Source: Candidatus Nanopelagicales bacterium (GTDB lineage Bacteria > Actinomycetota > Actinomycetes > S36-B12 > UBA5976). From it: DNA of 64,000 nucleotides. The notes beneath the pieces were generated by a model. That model was not told the origin of the DNA. It worked only from the letters and a program-made list of their open reading frames with translations, and searched no databases. The DNA lies in the NCBI GenBank assembly GCA_030157865.1, contig JAOATY010000043.1:34964-98963 (forward strand), in the 5' to 3' direction. Of the stretch, positions 56,740 to 64,000 are shown piece by piece. The position numbers and the translations under genes are program-made. The first letter of the stretch is position 1. The number at the start of each line of letters is the position of its first letter.

Positions 56740-57864
56740 ATGGGCATCGTTTGGGATATCAACGTCGAACGTCCTGAATTCCCAAAATTAACCACAAACC
56801 TTGAAGCTGACCTTGTCGTTGTTGGTCTTGGTGGATCCGGCCTAACGGCGCTTCTTCACGCTGCTCAACGTGGGCTAAATGTCATAGGTATCGATGCAGA
56901 TCGAATTGCCGCTGGTGCTGCCGGTCGAAATGGTGGTTTACTGCTGGCTGGAATTGCAGATTTTCATCATAACGTTCGCAGAGATTTTGGAATTGAACGC
57001 GCGACTGCGCTTTACCACCACACACTCGATGAAATGGATCGCATTGAAGCGACAACTCCGGAGGCAGTTTCTCGAATTGGGGCACTTCGCATTGGCGAAT
57101 TAAGTCGCGGTGAAGATCCAGAAGAACTCAGCGATATTTACGCGCATCGCGATGCTTTGCTGGCCGACGGATTTCCAGTTGAAGATTATGAAGGCGAACA
57201 AGGCATCGGAATATTGATCCCGACTGATGGAACTTTCCACCCAGCAAAGCGAGCAGTGTTGTTAACCAACCTTGCAACAAAAGCTGGCGCGCAAATCTTC
57301 ACTCATTCACCTGCAACAAAAATTGAGTCCGGCCTGGTAACAACGGAGCAGGGAACTATTAAAGCCAAGCACATCGTGGTTGCTATCGATGGAAACTTAG
57401 GTAAGGCGCTGCCGGAGATTTCTGATCTGGTGCAACCCACTCGCTTGCAAATGATTTCAACCGCGCCCGAGACAAAACTTAATTTGAAATACGCTGTCTA
57501 CATCCGCCAAGGTTGGGACTACTGGCAACAATTGCCTGATGGTCGAATAGCTATCGGTGGCGGCCGCGATCTTGCGTTGGAGCAAGAAGCAACTGACGTG
57601 GTTGAGCCAACCCAAATCATGCGCGATTACTTGGAACGCAAACTTGAAGCAATTGGCGTGACTGCGCCAGTTGAACATCATTGGGCTGCAATCGTTAGCT
57701 ACACCGATTCTGGATTACCGATTGTGAAAGAGGTTCAGCCTGGTGTTTGGGCCGTTGGTGCATACTGCGGAACTGGAAATGTAGTTGGCGCACTTTTGGC
57801 TCGCAGTGTTGTTGATCAATGTATTGACGGACACAGCCAAGTGATTACGGACTTTGCGAGCTAG
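56740..57864 (+). CDS. FAD-dependent oxidoreductase (DAO family)
   Basis: 374 aa. N-terminal Rossmann motif DLVVVGLGGSGLTALLHAAQRGLNVIGIDA. Confidence 0.8.
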   Translation: MGIVWDINVERPEFPKLTTNLEADLVVVGLGGSGLTALLHAAQRGLNVIGIDADRIAAGAAGRNGGLLLAGIADFHHNVRRDFGIERATALYHHTLDEMDRIEATTPEAVSRIGALRIGELSRGEDPEELSDIYAHRDALLADGFPVEDYEGEQGIGILIPTDGTFHPAKRAVLLTNLATKAGAQIFTHSPATKIESGLVTTEQGTIKAKHIVVAIDGNLGKALPEISDLVQPTRLQMISTAPETKLNLKYAVYIRQGWDYWQQLPDGRIAIGGGRDLALEQEATDVVEPTQIMRDYLERKLEAIGVTAPVEHHWAAIVSYTDSGLPIVKEVQPGVWAVGAYCGTGNVVGALLARSVVDQCIDGHSQVITDFAS

Positions 57865-57868
57865 TTCA

Positions 57869-58750
57869 ATGACTGCTGAACTATTACCTGCCGAAATCTG
57901 GCACAACCTGCGTGATGATCACCAGACCAAAGTTTTGCCGTGGATCACACCTCGTTTAGAGCGCAGGTCTCGCCACGAGAGTCACCCAGTCGATGACTTT
58001 CTATTTGAGTACTACCCGATCAGCACCAACAAATTAATGAATTGGCATCCGGGCTTTGGAACTTCGCTGGAAGCAACTGAAATCGAATCTGAAGAATTTC
58101 CATCTGGAAGCTACGAATTTGTCTATAACAAAATTCAGATTCGCACTGAGTGGTTAGTTAAGAATCAAGAAGCTGCAATTAATTTGATTGACTTTCTATC
58201 CAAAACTCAAGAGCGTTCAATTCGTTCCGGTTGCTTTGGTTTACATGAATGGGCCATGGTTTTGGGTACTGAAGAAGTCAGGCACGAAAAGTGGCCACTT
58301 CGTTTGAGCCAAGAAGAAATTCGCGCCACGATTGATGAAGTTGGCTTGCGCTGCACTCACTTTGATGCCTTCCGCTTTTTCACTCCGATTGCTGCTCCGC
58401 TAAATCCACTTCAGTTAACTCGAATTGATCAAAATGATGTTGAGCAGCCAGGTTGCTTGCACGCCAACATGGATTTGTATAAACATGCCCAGCGGTTTGC
58501 GCCAATCGTTGGATCGGAAATTGTTCATACTGCATTTGCTTTAGCCAAAGACATCAGAACCGTGGACATGCAAACCGCTCCTTATGACTTAGCAAATCTC
58601 GGTGTGGTTCCGATTCCTGTTGAAACTGAAGCTGGCCGAGAAAAGTTTGCAGAACTACAAATTGGATTCGCGCAACGCGCACAGATTTTGCGAACAGAAT
58701 TAATCGCAGCATTGAAATCTGCCTATGTATCCGCAGAAATCAAGGGATAA
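57869..58750 (+). CDS. Conserved hypothetical protein (family sometimes annotated as 3-methyladenine DNA glycosylase)
   Basis: The ATG at 57869 lies 4 nt after the oxidoreductase stop (the ORF-track TTG at 57854 overlaps that gene). HPVDDFLFEYYP...WHPG resembles an actinobacterial family whose annotation I recall only loosely. Confidence 0.55.
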   Translation: MTAELLPAEIWHNLRDDHQTKVLPWITPRLERRSRHESHPVDDFLFEYYPISTNKLMNWHPGFGTSLEATEIESEEFPSGSYEFVYNKIQIRTEWLVKNQEAAINLIDFLSKTQERSIRSGCFGLHEWAMVLGTEEVRHEKWPLRLSQEEIRATIDEVGLRCTHFDAFRFFTPIAAPLNPLQLTRIDQNDVEQPGCLHANMDLYKHAQRFAPIVGSEIVHTAFALAKDIRTVDMQTAPYDLANLGVVPIPVETEAGREKFAELQIGFAQRAQILRTELIAALKSAYVSAEIKG

Positions 58751-58784
58751 CTTAACAAATTTCAAAAACGGTAAGATTCAAGTT

Positions 58785-60002
58785 ATGTCACGCCGCAGAG
58801 TTGATCCCCAGCCACCTTCTGAAAAAGTAACAAGATCAGGAAATCGTGGACGCAGAGCAGCTAAGTCAGCCACAGTTGCAACCATCACAGTTGAGCGGCC
58901 ACATGGTCTGGCTGTACTTAGCCACTCAGATCGCAGACTCCTAGCAATTGTTGTAGGCGTTTCAATCGCGGCCGGAATCTTGAACAGCACAAACGGAAAT
59001 CCAGTTCTTTCCTTCTTAACTTCCGCAATTGCCTTGGGCGCAATTGCTCGTTTGGTTGTGCGAAGTGTTGAGGCAGTCAGTGATCGAATCGGTCGTGGCC
59101 TAAACGGAACCTTGCAGTCTTTGCTTGGAAACCTGCCTGAGATTTTCGTAATCCTATTTGCGCTTAAAGCCGGACTTTACGAAATTGTTAAAGCCACAAT
59201 CGTTGGCTCGGTTATTGCAAACATCCTGCTTGTTATGGGTATCGCCTTCGTTGTTGGTGGTCGCAAATATGGCCGCCAGTCATTCAACGTGGTTTCAGCT
59301 CGCCAGCTAAGTATGTTGCTGGCCCTTTCCGTTTTTGCTCTTGCAATTCCATCGTTAGCTGCATCCTTCAACACTCCAGCTGTTGAATATGAGCGCGAAA
59401 TTACTGTAATCATTTCGCTGCTCTTGATTGTTTTGTTCTTGGCTTCGATTCCAGACACAATTCGTCATGCAAGTCATGAATCACCGGTAACTGGAACAAG
59501 CGAGGCTTTGGAAGCTGCAAGTGAAGTTGATGAACATGGTCAGTGGCCATTCAACGTTGCAGCTCTGATGGTGCTGGTTGCAATAACAGGTTCCGTTGTG
59601 GTCTCAAGTTGGTTTGTGGATGTGTTGCCTTCGGCGATGTCGACATTAGGAATTTCCGAAGCGTTCGCAGGTTTAATCATCGTTGCGCTTGTTAGCAATG
59701 TCGTTGAAAGCTTCTCAGGTATTCAGTTAGCTGCACGTAATCAGCAAAGCTACGCCTTGCAAATCATTTTGCAGTCGCCGGTTCAAGTTGCCATGATCGT
59801 GGCACCACTTATTGCGTTGGCTGCACCACTGGTTGGCGCTGCAACCTTCACATTAGTTTTGTCACCGCTATTGCTGGCCGTGATGTTCATGGCCGTCTTC
59901 ATTGCAATCGTTGTGGTTTCTGATGGTCAGTCGACATGGTTTGAAGGCGCTGCACTAATCACTTTGTATTTGGGTATCGCCACTGCGTTCTGGTGGGGAT
60001 AA
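58785..60002 (+). CDS. CaCA-family cation/proton exchanger (ChaA/Cax-like)
   Basis: About 11 TM helices. Two alpha-repeat-like segments (LLGNLPEIFVILFA and ALVSNVVESFSG). Start moved to the ATG at 58785, after the upstream stop. Confidence 0.7.
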   Translation: MSRRRVDPQPPSEKVTRSGNRGRRAAKSATVATITVERPHGLAVLSHSDRRLLAIVVGVSIAAGILNSTNGNPVLSFLTSAIALGAIARLVVRSVEAVSDRIGRGLNGTLQSLLGNLPEIFVILFALKAGLYEIVKATIVGSVIANILLVMGIAFVVGGRKYGRQSFNVVSARQLSMLLALSVFALAIPSLAASFNTPAVEYEREITVIISLLLIVLFLASIPDTIRHASHESPVTGTSEALEAASEVDEHGQWPFNVAALMVLVAITGSVVVSSWFVDVLPSAMSTLGISEAFAGLIIVALVSNVVESFSGIQLAARNQQSYALQIILQSPVQVAMIVAPLIALAAPLVGAATFTLVLSPLLLAVMFMAVFIAIVVVSDGQSTWFEGAALITLYLGIATAFWWG

Positions 60003-60029
60003 ATCCATGAAGTCCATTAGCTGGCAATC

Positions 60030-60983
60030 ATGATTACCAATGACATTGCTCAAGCGGTAACTGCCCTTGCTGATGGAAAGTTATGTGCCATCCCAACTGA
60101 AACGGTTTATGGCCTTGCAGCAAATGCACTTGATGAAAGAGCTGTTGCCCGAGTATTTGAAGCAAAAGAACGTCCCGCTGATCATCCTTTAATCGTTCAT
60201 GTTGCCACGGCTGCTGACGTAACTGAATGGATTACTGAACTACCAAAGTGGGCAATTGATTTAACGAACGCGATTTGGCCTGGACCATTAACGATCGTTG
60301 GCCCACGCACCGCACTTGCAAGTAACTCGGTAACGGGTAACCAAGACACTGTTGCAGTGCGCGTTCCAAGTCACCCAATTGCGCAGGAGTTATTGAGTCA
60401 ACTAAAGACTCAAGGCGTTAAGGGTTTAGTAGCGCCAAGTGCAAACCGCTTTGGTCATGTTTCGCCAACAAGTGCTGCGCATGTTTCTGCTGATTTAGGT
60501 GAATACCTAGATGCGCACGGAGATTTGATTTTGGATGGGGGCGATTGCCAAGTCGGAGTTGAATCCACAATTGTGTTAGCAACAGGATCGCAGCCAGTTA
60601 TCTTGCGACCAGGTGCAATTACGGCAGCTGACATAAAGCGAATTACGGGCGTTGATGTATCTGAGCATTCGGAAAATGCACCACGAGTAAGTGGTGCTTT
60701 GGATTCCCACTACTCCCCAACTGCTCAGGTAATTCTGATTAGCGATGGTTCTGACATTGAACTTGAAAGTAATTCTGGATTCTTAGCCCTTGCCCAAGCT
60801 CCAACACCTGCTGGATTGGTTCGCTTAGCCTCACCGGAAACCATCGAGGAATTTGCTCACGAACTCTACAGTTCGTTGCGCTCTGGCGATGATTTGAAAC
60901 TAAAAACGATTTATGTTGTGCCACCTAGGGGCGATGGTTTAGCTCAAGCAATTAACGACCGATTAAATCGCGCTGCTTTTTAG
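60030..60983 (+). CDS. tsaC: L-threonylcarbamoyladenylate synthase (Sua5/YrdC with Sua5 C-terminal domain)
   Basis: 317 aa. CAIPTETVYGLAANA, AKERPADHPLIVH, VRVPSHP and APSANRFGHVSPT are YrdC/Sua5 motifs. Confidence 0.88.
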   Translation: MITNDIAQAVTALADGKLCAIPTETVYGLAANALDERAVARVFEAKERPADHPLIVHVATAADVTEWITELPKWAIDLTNAIWPGPLTIVGPRTALASNSVTGNQDTVAVRVPSHPIAQELLSQLKTQGVKGLVAPSANRFGHVSPTSAAHVSADLGEYLDAHGDLILDGGDCQVGVESTIVLATGSQPVILRPGAITAADIKRITGVDVSEHSENAPRVSGALDSHYSPTAQVILISDGSDIELESNSGFLALAQAPTPAGLVRLASPETIEEFAHELYSSLRSGDDLKLKTIYVVPPRGDGLAQAINDRLNRAAF

Positions 60984-62257
60984 CGAACTACGAGTTCACC
61001 AATTGCGTGAATCACAATTCCAGCAAGTGCTCCAACGATAGTTCCGTTAACGCGAATGAACTGCAGATCGCGACCAACCTGAAGTTCGATCTTCTTGGCA
61101 GTGTCACCGGCATCCCAACGAGCCACGGTGTCGCTAATAACTGCAGCAATTTCGTCTCGGTATCGGTCAACCAAATGAGTGGTGGCGTTTTCTAGCGCAG
61201 TATCAATGGTTTCTTGTAATTCTCGATCAGCTGAAACTTTCGAACCAAAGTTTGCAATCAAAGTCGTCACGCGAGTTCGTAATTCGCTATCTGGATTCGC
61301 AGCTTCTTGACGCAAAGTCTTCTTGGTTGAAATCCAAATGTCAGAAATTGTGTGACGAACCTCTGGTCGATCTACTAATCGCATCTTGGCAGCGTTAACG
61401 CGTTCAATAATTACTGGATCTGATTGCAGCTGATCGGCGAATCGATGTAGCAATCTTTCAATCGAATGCCGAATTGGATGTTCGTAATCTTCTTGCACTT
61501 CTTTACTTAATTCAATCAAGCGCTCGTAAAGCCATTCGCCCGCTTTATCTTTACCAAGACCTGGCAACCACTTAGGTAATTGCTTATCGATCCAGCCCTT
61601 TGCTCGAGCTGGATCATTTTCTAACCAGTCTTGAATGGCCTTAGCCAACATGTCCACGATTGGAGTGTGGGCATCATTTTCTACAGCCTTAACTAAAAAG
61701 ATTCCCAGCGGCTTTGCAATGTCAAAGTTCTCGGCAGTGCGACGAAAAGATTCTTCGATAACTTCGGCAATGTCTTCGTCATCGCCAAGGGAAGTTGCCC
61801 AAGCAACTACACCAGAAAGTTCATCGGTAACTTGTTTGGCATTTTGTGGATTGCTCAGCCAGCCACCTAAGCGGTTTGCAATGTCTGCAGATTGCAGTTT
61901 GCTGCGGACCACTTCTTCGGACAGGAAGTTATCACCAACGAATTCACCCAGGCTGGCACCAATGGCATCCTTGCGAGTTGGAATGATTGCGGTGTGTGGG
62001 ATTGGTAAGCCAAGTGGTCTGCGGAAAAGTGCAGTGACTGCAAACCAGTCTGCTAAGCCACCGATCATTCCAGCTTCAGCAGCAGCTCGAACGTAGCTGA
62101 CCCACTCGGCTGCACCAGCAGCTTCAGCACGTTTTGCAAACACGTAGATAACAGCGGAAGCAAGTAGCAGTCCGGTTGCGAAAGATTTCATGCGGCGCAA
62201 TTGCTTGCGCTTTAACCGATCACTTGCCCGCGTAGTGATGCGAAGTGGTTGGCTCAT
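60980..62257 (-). CDS. DUF445 membrane-associated protein
   Basis: 425 aa. N-terminal TM helix, GGLADWFAVTALFRRPLGLPIPHTAIIP (DUF445 hallmark), long helical body, C-terminal TM helix. Confidence 0.7.
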   Translation of the reverse strand: MSQPLRITTRASDRLKRKQLRRMKSFATGLLLASAVIYVFAKRAEAAGAAEWVSYVRAAAEAGMIGGLADWFAVTALFRRPLGLPIPHTAIIPTRKDAIGASLGEFVGDNFLSEEVVRSKLQSADIANRLGGWLSNPQNAKQVTDELSGVVAWATSLGDDEDIAEVIEESFRRTAENFDIAKPLGIFLVKAVENDAHTPIVDMLAKAIQDWLENDPARAKGWIDKQLPKWLPGLGKDKAGEWLYERLIELSKEVQEDYEHPIRHSIERLLHRFADQLQSDPVIIERVNAAKMRLVDRPEVRHTISDIWISTKKTLRQEAANPDSELRTRVTTLIANFGSKVSADRELQETIDTALENATTHLVDRYRDEIAAVISDTVARWDAGDTAKKIELQVGRDLQFIRVNGTIVGALAGIVIHAIGELVVR

Positions 62258-62751
62258 GCCTTAATCGTAGGCGTGTGGTCTACGCCAGCAATCTGGTCAT
62301 GGATGTGTCCAGCCAAACGCTCAATAATTACAAGTCCGTCTTTAACTCCACCCGGTGAACCTGGCAGGTTAATGATTAGCGATGATCCAGTAACGCCAGC
62401 TAGGCCGCGAGATAGATCAGTCGTTGGAACTCGATCTCGCGAATATGCGCGAAATGCTTCTGGGATTCCTGGAAGTAGTTTTTTGATTAGTGGAGCGGTT
62501 GCTTCCGGCGTAACATCATGTGGCGAAACTCCAGTGCCACCAGTTGTGACGATTAAATCAACGTTGCCAGCAAGTGAAAGTTCGATCGCAGCTTGAATCT
62601 GCGAGATGTTGTCTGGAATCACAATTGGATCTTTGAGTTCGTAACCAAGTTTGGTTAAACCTGCAGCCAGGATTTCACCACTGGTGTCGGCATAAACGCC
62701 AGCACTCGCACGATTACTCGCGGTAATAACTACTGCAGTACGAACAGCCAT
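62254..62751 (-). CDS. mog: MogA/MoaB-family molybdopterin adenylyltransferase-like protein
   Basis: 165 aa. VDLIVTTGGTGVSPHDVTPEA and INLPGSPGG motifs. Confidence 0.85.
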   Translation of the reverse strand: MAVRTAVVITASNRASAGVYADTSGEILAAGLTKLGYELKDPIVIPDNISQIQAAIELSLAGNVDLIVTTGGTGVSPHDVTPEATAPLIKKLLPGIPEAFRAYSRDRVPTTDLSRGLAGVTGSSLIINLPGSPGGVKDGLVIIERLAGHIHDQIAGVDHTPTIKA

Positions 62752-63228
62752 TTAGCTTCGGTTCCATTCCCCATTACGACCACCGTCTTTGTGGGTCATT
62801 TTCACATCAGTAATCGTGGCACCTGGATCAATTGCTTTGACCATGTCGATAACGGTTAGGCCAGCAACAGCAACGGCAGTTAAGGCTTCCATTTCAACGC
62901 CGGTGCGATCGGCAGTTTTTACGGTGGCAGTGATTTCTACGCCTTCATCAACCACAACGAGTTCAACGGAAACTCCATGAACCGCGATCGGGTGACAGAG
63001 CGGAATCAAATCTGGAGTGCGCTTAGTTGCCATGATGCCGGCGATTCGAGCAGTAGCTAAGACATCGCCTTTTGGCACTGCGCCATCGCGAAGTAGTGTC
63101 ACGACCTGCTGAGATAGCAGCACGCGACCGACCGTTGTGGCAGTGCGGGTAGTGACTTCGCGATCGGCAACATCAACCATATGGGCATTGCCAGATGCAT
63201 CGATGTGCGTTAAATCAGAGTTGCTCAT
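62752..63228 (-). CDS. moaC: Cyclic pyranopterin monophosphate synthase
   Basis: LTHIDASGNAHMVDV, IPLCHP and TGVEMEALTAV motifs. The start is set at the ATG at 63228 to match the E. coli MoaC N-terminus; the ORF track starts at 63267. Confidence 0.92.
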   Translation of the reverse strand: MSNSDLTHIDASGNAHMVDVADREVTTRTATTVGRVLLSQQVVTLLRDGAVPKGDVLATARIAGIMATKRTPDLIPLCHPIAVHGVSVELVVVDEGVEITATVKTADRTGVEMEALTAVAVAGLTVIDMVKAIDPGATITDVKMTHKDGGRNGEWNRS

Positions 63229-63404
63229 AACTGGTAATCGTACGCGCAGTGTGGCCTGGGTCACCATTTAGTTGAGATTTCAACGAATTGTGGCAAGGTT
63301 CACACGGGATTTAAGCCATTAGACACCTTTTCGTTAAGAGGCATTCATTTACGTCTGGGACAATTGAGATGTGGGAGACCCCCACACCAAAAGGAGAAAA
63401 CACC

Positions 63405-63599
63405 ATGAGTGTTCAAATGAATGAAACCGAATCCGTTGTTGGATTCCCTGCATTGGAATCAAACTATGCAGTCCTAATCAACAATGCTATTGGCGAGCAC
63501 CGCAATGCTGATGTGAACTACATCGTGCGCTCGTTCAACATGGAAAAGAACAACATCACACGTAAGAGCGTTATCGAACGCCTACGCGACGCGTTCTAA
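63405..63599 (+). CDS. Small hypothetical protein (64 aa)
   Basis: ATG at 63405 preceded by AAAGGAGAAAACACC. Followed 16 nt later by a strong terminator. No family recognised. Confidence 0.5.
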   Translation: MSVQMNETESVVGFPALESNYAVLINNAIGEHRNADVNYIVRSFNMEKNNITRKSVIERLRDAF

Positions 63600-63615
63600 T
63601 CCAGCTAGCAAACCA

Positions 63616-63657
63616 AAAGAGGACCGATGCCTAGGCATCGATCCTCTTTAGTTTTTT
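63616..63657. terminator. Bidirectional rho-independent terminator
   Basis: AAAGAGGACCGATGCC-TAG-GCATCGATCCTCTTT forms a ~14-bp stem with one mismatch, followed by AGTTTTTT on the + strand and preceded by an A-run. Lies between convergent genes. Confidence 0.8.
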
Positions 63658-63672
63658 GTGAAGCTTTAGTAA

Positions 63673-64000
63673 TTACTGCTTGATTGCAGAAATATCTAGC
63701 TGCAACTTGATGTTGTCGCTTACTAGGAAGCCACCTGTTTCTAGGGCTACGTTCCAAACTAGACCGTAATCTTTACGACTTAGTTCGCCAGTACCTTCGA
63801 ATCCTGCGCGTGCGTTACCAAATGGATCTGTTGCAGTTCCGGTTGGCTCAACAGCGATGTCGATGCTGTTTGTTACACCCTTGATGGTTAGGTTTCCGGT
63901 TACTACGAATGTGTCGCCAGTTGCCTTGATTGCGGTTGATTCGAAAATAAGTTCGTTTGTGTTTTCAGTGTCGAAGAAGTCAGCACTCTTTAGGTGGCCA
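63673..64000 (-). CDS. YceI-family protein, C-terminal part (the gene continues beyond the right edge)
   Basis: My reverse-strand translation ends ...GHLKSADFFDTENTNELIFESTAIKATGDTFVVTGNLTIKGVTNSIDIAVEPTGTATDPFGNARAGFEGTGELSRKDYGLVWNVALETGGFLVSDNIKLQLDISAIKQ*. This is the YceI pattern (HLKSADFFD, DFG..WN). Confidence 0.8.
   Translation of the reverse strand, partial: GHLKSADFFDTENTNELIFESTAIKATGDTFVVTGNLTIKGVTNSIDIAVEPTGTATDPFGNARAGFEGTGELSRKDYGLVWNVALETGGFLVSDNIKLQLDISAIKQ

Noticed and set aside
61635-62596. Two long + strand ORFs (153 aa and 115 aa)
   Set aside because: They are antisense to the DUF445 and mog genes, Ser/Ala/Pro-rich with no motifs. Shadow ORFs.
63229-63404. Moco riboswitch upstream of moaC
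   Set aside because: No recognisable Moco-motif structure by eye, and the spacer is shared with a divergent small gene. Unconfirmed without a covariance-model search.

Overview
The window is about 64 kb of densely packed (roughly 70 genes), mostly housekeeping chromosome from an actinobacterium. Lineage-typical genes support this: mycothiol S-conjugate amidase mca next to DUF4307 and greA, an Rv3235-family gene beside secA, SepX/GlpR, DUF501 and DUF4031. By eye the sequence is much more AT-rich than classical Actinomycetota, so a streamlined low-GC lineage (freshwater Nanopelagicales- or Luna-type) is likely, but that is inference only.

From memory of the M. tuberculosis map, several conserved synteny blocks are joined here:
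- rplA-rplK-nusG-secE-tRNA-Trp (1-2323)
- a secA neighbourhood (3694-10068)
- mca/greA (16918-18856)
- a long block collinear, with local inversions, with Rv1026 to Rv1002c: ppx, DUF501, ftsB-like, eno, mazG, mfd, pth, rplY, prs, glmU, tRNA-Gln, TetR, ispE, rsmA, cell-wall hydrolase, tatD, metG, rsmI, pmt (24964-48475)
- the Rv0990c-Rv0996-like block: SAF, FmdB zinc ribbon, 5-formyl-THF cyclo-ligase, galU, moeA-like, rimJ, glpR (50911-56455)
- Moco genes mog and moaC (62254-63228)

I saw no rRNA, CRISPR array, transposase, integrase or recognisable defence island.

I cannot point to a clear new multi-gene system. The items most worth a second look are:
1. A tRNA with a Leu-type body and UAA anticodon but only a 5-nt variable loop (24840-24917).
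2. A MoeA/Glp-like protein lacking about 95 aa of the active-site subdomain, inside a glp-rimJ-glpR cell-division-type cluster (50911-53234).
3. A 28-bp tandem repeat array with covarying palindromes in the rsmI/pmt divergent promoter (46864-46961).
4. A 236-nt hairpin-dense intergenic region next to an orphan Ssd/CpaE-like plus SAF gene pair (3694-6691).

Several ORF-track entries are over-extended at the 5' end. I shortened secA, mca, mazG, pth, rsmA, moeA-like, moaC, ppx and others using upstream stop codons, ribosome-binding sites and known N-termini. All family assignments rest on motif recognition by eye and recalled synteny; no searches were run.
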